The position numbers and the translations under genes are program-made. From NCBI RefSeq assembly GCF_018977255.1, contig NW_024704742.1, forward strand, positions 18,416,001 to 18,480,000: a DNA stretch of 64,000 bases, written 5' to 3'. Below are positions 60,065-64,000 of the stretch, piece after piece. Position 1 is the stretch's first letter, and each line of letters starts with the position of its first letter. Under the pieces are notes generated by a model. That model worked only from the letters and a program-made list of their open reading frames with translations, ran no database searches and was not told the origin of the DNA. Source of the stretch: Callorhinchus milii (Eukaryota).

Positions 60065-60533
60065 ATCCTCACCAGTACCAATCTCCATAGCCCCATCACC
60101 CCAGTCCTTGCCAGACTCCACTGGCTGCCTGTCATAGAATGGATTGATCTCAAGATCTTCATAATCATTTGTATCTCACTTCATGCTCTGGCACCACTCA
60201 ACGTCTCTGACTTCCTTACACCCCACTCCACTACCTGTTGCCTCCTCTCAGCTGGTTCCGGGCTCTTGCATGTCCCTTGTCCCTTCCACTCTACCATTGT
60301 CGGTCGTACCTTAGGTCACTACACCACAAAACTATAGAACTCTCTTCCTTAATCCCTCCGCCTTGCCACCTCATTCCCCGTCTTCAGATCTTACCTGAAG
60401 AACTTCCTCTTCAACCATGCCTACGATCATCTCTTTCTCCTCGGCTCGGTATCAAGTTCCATCACTGTTGAGCACTCCAGGATGCTAGCCCGGCTGAAGG
60501 GTATTTTATAAATACAAGTTTCTATTGTTGTTG
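60065..60533 (+). mobile_element. L2 3' end
   Basis: [21 protein letters not shown] and tail. Confidence 0.78.
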
Positions 60534-60683
60534 TAAAGCCCACTCTGTAAATTACAGCTCTATCCACTACACTATCTGGGTTCCTTAGTTAATTTTACTT
60601 ATCTTGTCAGAAAAAATTACAAAGGACTCCAAGTCTTATTCTGTTGATAGCCGTATGTTGTTGGTTTAATTTTTTTTGCTTAC

Positions 60684-60833
60684 CTTCAGTTGCCGTATTA
60701 CAGCATAGGCATGTATACCAACTCCCACAGACAGGCCCATGGTCTCAACCTGTGGTAGTTCATTGGGAGAATGGATCACAAAGTTCATCCCAGCATCGGT
60801 ATAACCAAGGGCAGGATTGTCTGTCATCTCTGA
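60684..60833 (-). CDS. ASIC5: ASIC5 exon (ex5 equivalent)
   Basis: 150 bp; SEMTDNPALGYTDAGMNFVIHSPNELPQ...VIRQLK; TDNPALG matches BASIC. Confidence 0.95.
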
Positions 60834-61474
60834 CTGTAAATTCAACAAAAAAAAATTTAGCTGAAAGGTTATAATTGGATCCAAAGTAGACATTTCCTTG
60901 CAAAAGTAGCTTGCAGCATAGAAATTTGCACTGGGGAAAATGGAGGAGGGGGGCAGGGGTCATAAAAATGGAGTAAAGTTTTAAGCATTTCATAATGAAC
61001 ACAAGGAACACATTATTAAATACCACAAACTTAACCCAATGTTTTATTTGATAACAGTTGTGGAACATTTTTAGAGCTGTATTGTTGATCAGGACACTGG
61101 GAAAATCTCCCTCCTCTTTTCAAATAGTGTTTTGGGTCTCGTTTTAAATTCTCATCCGAAAGACGGCAAGTAGGAGATAGAGTAACATTTCAAGTTAAAT
61201 CTGACCCTTCTTAACTGATATAGAGACAAAGACATAAGGAAGAAATAGAAATGAAGTAATCTGCAGTTCTGGTGAAAGTCTTAGACCTTTCTTTCAGGAT
61301 ACTGATCAACTTACTCCAATTTTAAGCGTTTTCCAGTTTTAGTCAAGTCTTCTTTATTAATCACTCAAAATATAAAACAAACGTTGTAATTGGAGAAATC
61401 TAAAATGACTTTATTCATTCAATTATTTTCAAAACTGGAGAAATTTCTTTTTCACTTTTAGATGAAACACAAAC

Positions 61475-61597
61475 CTGCTTGATATCAAATAGCACTCTTA
61501 GTCCCCTTCCTGATGTTTTCACTCGTCGTTTGCTTTTCAGATTCTGATGATTGAACGTATAGCAATTGCCATACTCAGTAAACACGTGCTCAAAATC
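61475..61597 (-). CDS. ASIC5: ASIC5 exon (ex4 equivalent)
   Basis: 123 bp, AG/GT bounded; DFEHVFTEYGNCYTFNHQ...SGRGLRVLFDIKQ, with the DEG/ENaC motif YGNCYTFN. Confidence 0.95.
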
Positions 61598-61972
61598 CTG
61601 AAAAGGGCATTGCAGGAAAGAGTCAAATTAGACTTACTTATCTTGTAGATTTTGAGAGTCCCAAAAAGTTATGATAAATATGCAGATACTCAGACTGTAC
61701 AAAACTCACTGCACTTTAGGTAGGTAATTCTGTAGTAAGTGTATTAATTGTGGATGATATGGATAGGGGATCCAGACTTCGATCAATCCACAAAATGTTA
61801 TTTATGTATATAAAACTTTTAAAATCAATAGTAATTTAAATTCATCTGCACTTAGTTATTTCCACAGTAAATTCCCATTCCTTACTCTTTGCCATTAAGA
61901 CATATTCTCTTTAGAATACTTTGTCAGGAGGTTTACCTCTTAAACAAGATAGATAAGTTTCATTTGATTTAC

Positions 61973-62207
61973 ATTTGGATAGCAGGGCTCTCCAGAGAAA
62001 TCACATTGTAATAGAGTGCTGTTATCAAGCTGGTAACCGTGCTCTTTGGTGAAATTCTTGATGCTGAAACTTTCATTGCCTTGAAGAAAGTTATTGACAC
62101 TTTCGGGAATGTTGTTTCCATCACCAGCATCAATGCTCAGAACTGCAGACACAATTTTCCATAATAAATATATTATGCTCACGTTGGCCACTGCTTTTTC
62201 TTGGTAT
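61973..62207 (-). CDS. ASIC5: ASIC5/BASIC exon (human exon 3 equivalent); exons 1-2 not found in the window
   Basis: cag|A TAC...AAT|gta on -, 235 bp; YQEKAVANVSIIYLLWKIVSAVL...GYQLDNSTLLQCDFSGEPCYPN, similar to human BASIC (LWHIVSKVL...LNNSTLLDCEFFGKPC). Confidence 0.93.
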
Positions 62208-63407
62208 CTGTAGAGAACAAAACACAATCACCATCTTACCATTTGAAAACTTAATAAGGACATTTGTATAAGTGACTCCATGATCCAAAATCCATCGCCA
62301 CTAAATGTGGAGCCAATCTTTTACTTGTCATTTCTATCTGTTGTAAATTGTTAGATTTCTCCTCTCTTTCATACACACAGAAACATACTCCGTTTATATA
62401 TTGTAACAAATAGCATGCGGTGAATCACATTTATGCACTTGGGCTAAAATAAAAATAGCAGTTGTGTTCAATTAGTTATTTTGCACATTTGTACAGTTTG
62501 TACAGTTTTGTTTCAAGCAGTACACATGTAGTATTAATTCAAGTCAAGGCATAGTAATTGAGGGCTTCCTTAACTGTTCTGGGATCCAATTTTGTGAGGG
62601 GTTATTTCTTCGCAAATTTCATAATATGAATTGTGTAATTCTTTTGCATGTAATGAATCTAATGAACTTTCCATAGTACATTTGATGCTATAGAAATGTA
62701 TATGGGGAAATGTTGTAGTAAAAAATCTGTTACGATATATCAAAATTTAGTCCCCAAAAACCTGGAATAAGATTTGTAAAACTCATAGTGTGAATCAACT
62801 GTGAAACTCAGCCATAACAAAATCAGAAATACAAGAAATCTAACAACTTAAATGACATTGGTGGAACTGACAGGTGGAAGCTGGATAAATCATGCAGCAA
62901 GCACATGTAGAGAAAATGTAGAGAAAAGTATCAAAACATATCAATGGTGCAGCATATTTCAAATGTTTCAGTAGAGATGCCAAAAATGTAGGTATACTAA
63001 AGCTAATATACTGACCAATTATGTACTAAATTGCAGGCTAAAACAGATGGGTTATATGATCAGCTTTGTATGAGAATGCATGACTTCCAGACAAATGCCA
63101 AATGGTTAAAGGATTTGAACGAATTACAGAATGAATTGTTCCTAACACAAAATCAAGAGATCCAACAGCAGTGCATCTGTGGTCTTTTCGAAAGGGCATT
63201 TATTGCTCATGCACACAGAGACTGCTAATGTTTATGGTCCCTTACATCTTTTTTGCCATTCTTTGGATGAAATGTTAAACCAATGTCCCATTTTCCTGTT
63301 CAGGTGGATGATGTTCAAGATCCCATCTCACTATTCAAAAAGAGAAGGGAGTTTCAACAAGTCCCGCCAAGAAAATATATCCTTAAAGGTATGGATTGTT
63401 TTAGTTT

Positions 63408-63810
63408 GAAGTGATCGACTTCAAGATCCTCACCCTTGTCTTCAAATCCCTCTATTCCTCTGCAATCCCCTACCTCTCCGACCTCCTCGCTCCTCAAAAC
63501 AGTGCCCATTGCCTTTGTTCCTCCGGGTCTGGCCTCCTCCTTGTCCCCCGAGTCCTCCGCTCCACCCTCGGCGGCCGTACCTTCAGCCACTATGCTCCGA
63601 GGCTCTGGAACTCCCTTCCTCACTCCCTTTGCCTCACCCCCTCTCTTCCTATTTTCAGGACTCTGCTGAAGAACTTTCTTTTCGACTGCGCCTTTTGTCA
63701 CCTTCCTCCCCCTCCCCCTGACTCGGCCCCAGGATCCGTTACTGTGAAGCACTCTGAGATGCCATCCGACATGGAGGGCGCTATATAAATACAAGTTGTT
63801 GTTGTTGTTT
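63408..63810 (+). mobile_element. L2 3' end
   Basis: IDFKILTLVFKSL...APRLWNSLP...; (TTG)n tail. Confidence 0.82.
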
Positions 63811-64000
63811 AGACTCAGTCAGAATCAACTTGACATAGGAGGCTGCCAGGCAAATAAACAGGGCATTAGATACCTGTTTATAGACAAATAAGCTTTGAAG
63901 ATTGAATTATCTTCAGTCTCGAGAAGAGATGCCTCAGAGGGGGATCTTATATAGATATGTGAGATTTTAAACGTGATTAAAAAAGTAAAGCCAGAGCAAT

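Overview
This is vertebrate genomic DNA, not prokaryotic. Its repeat content (L2, CR1 and Deu-core/tRNA SINEs) suggests a cartilaginous fish, which is my inference. It holds two convergent spliced genes, each missing its 5' exons. GUCY1B1 (soluble guanylate cyclase beta-1) has 10 coding exons on + at 2844-25063. ASIC5/BASIC (bile-acid-sensitive DEG/ENaC channel) has 8 coding exons on - at 62207-45508. All introns are GT-AG and in phase, and the tail-to-tail order matches mammals. Most ORF-track entries are noise or retroelement fragments. The most unusual object is a young single-ORF LINE-2 present as two near-identical inverted copies (35989-40335 +, 46407-50192 -) that bracket the last ASIC5 exon. 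Its 5' end is built from 88-bp CpG-rich monomers (8 copies versus 1) with TATA-like/Inr-like spacing that points at the start of the next monomer. After these come a consensus splice donor, A and C tracts, a hairpin region with a uORF-TAATG-uORF cascade, and the APE-RT ORF. Also notable: GUCY1B1 ends in a class I PDZ-type motif (ETEV), and ASIC5 has Gly at the degenerin site. Boundaries of old repeats are approximate. Comparisons with human proteins are from memory and were not aligned by software.
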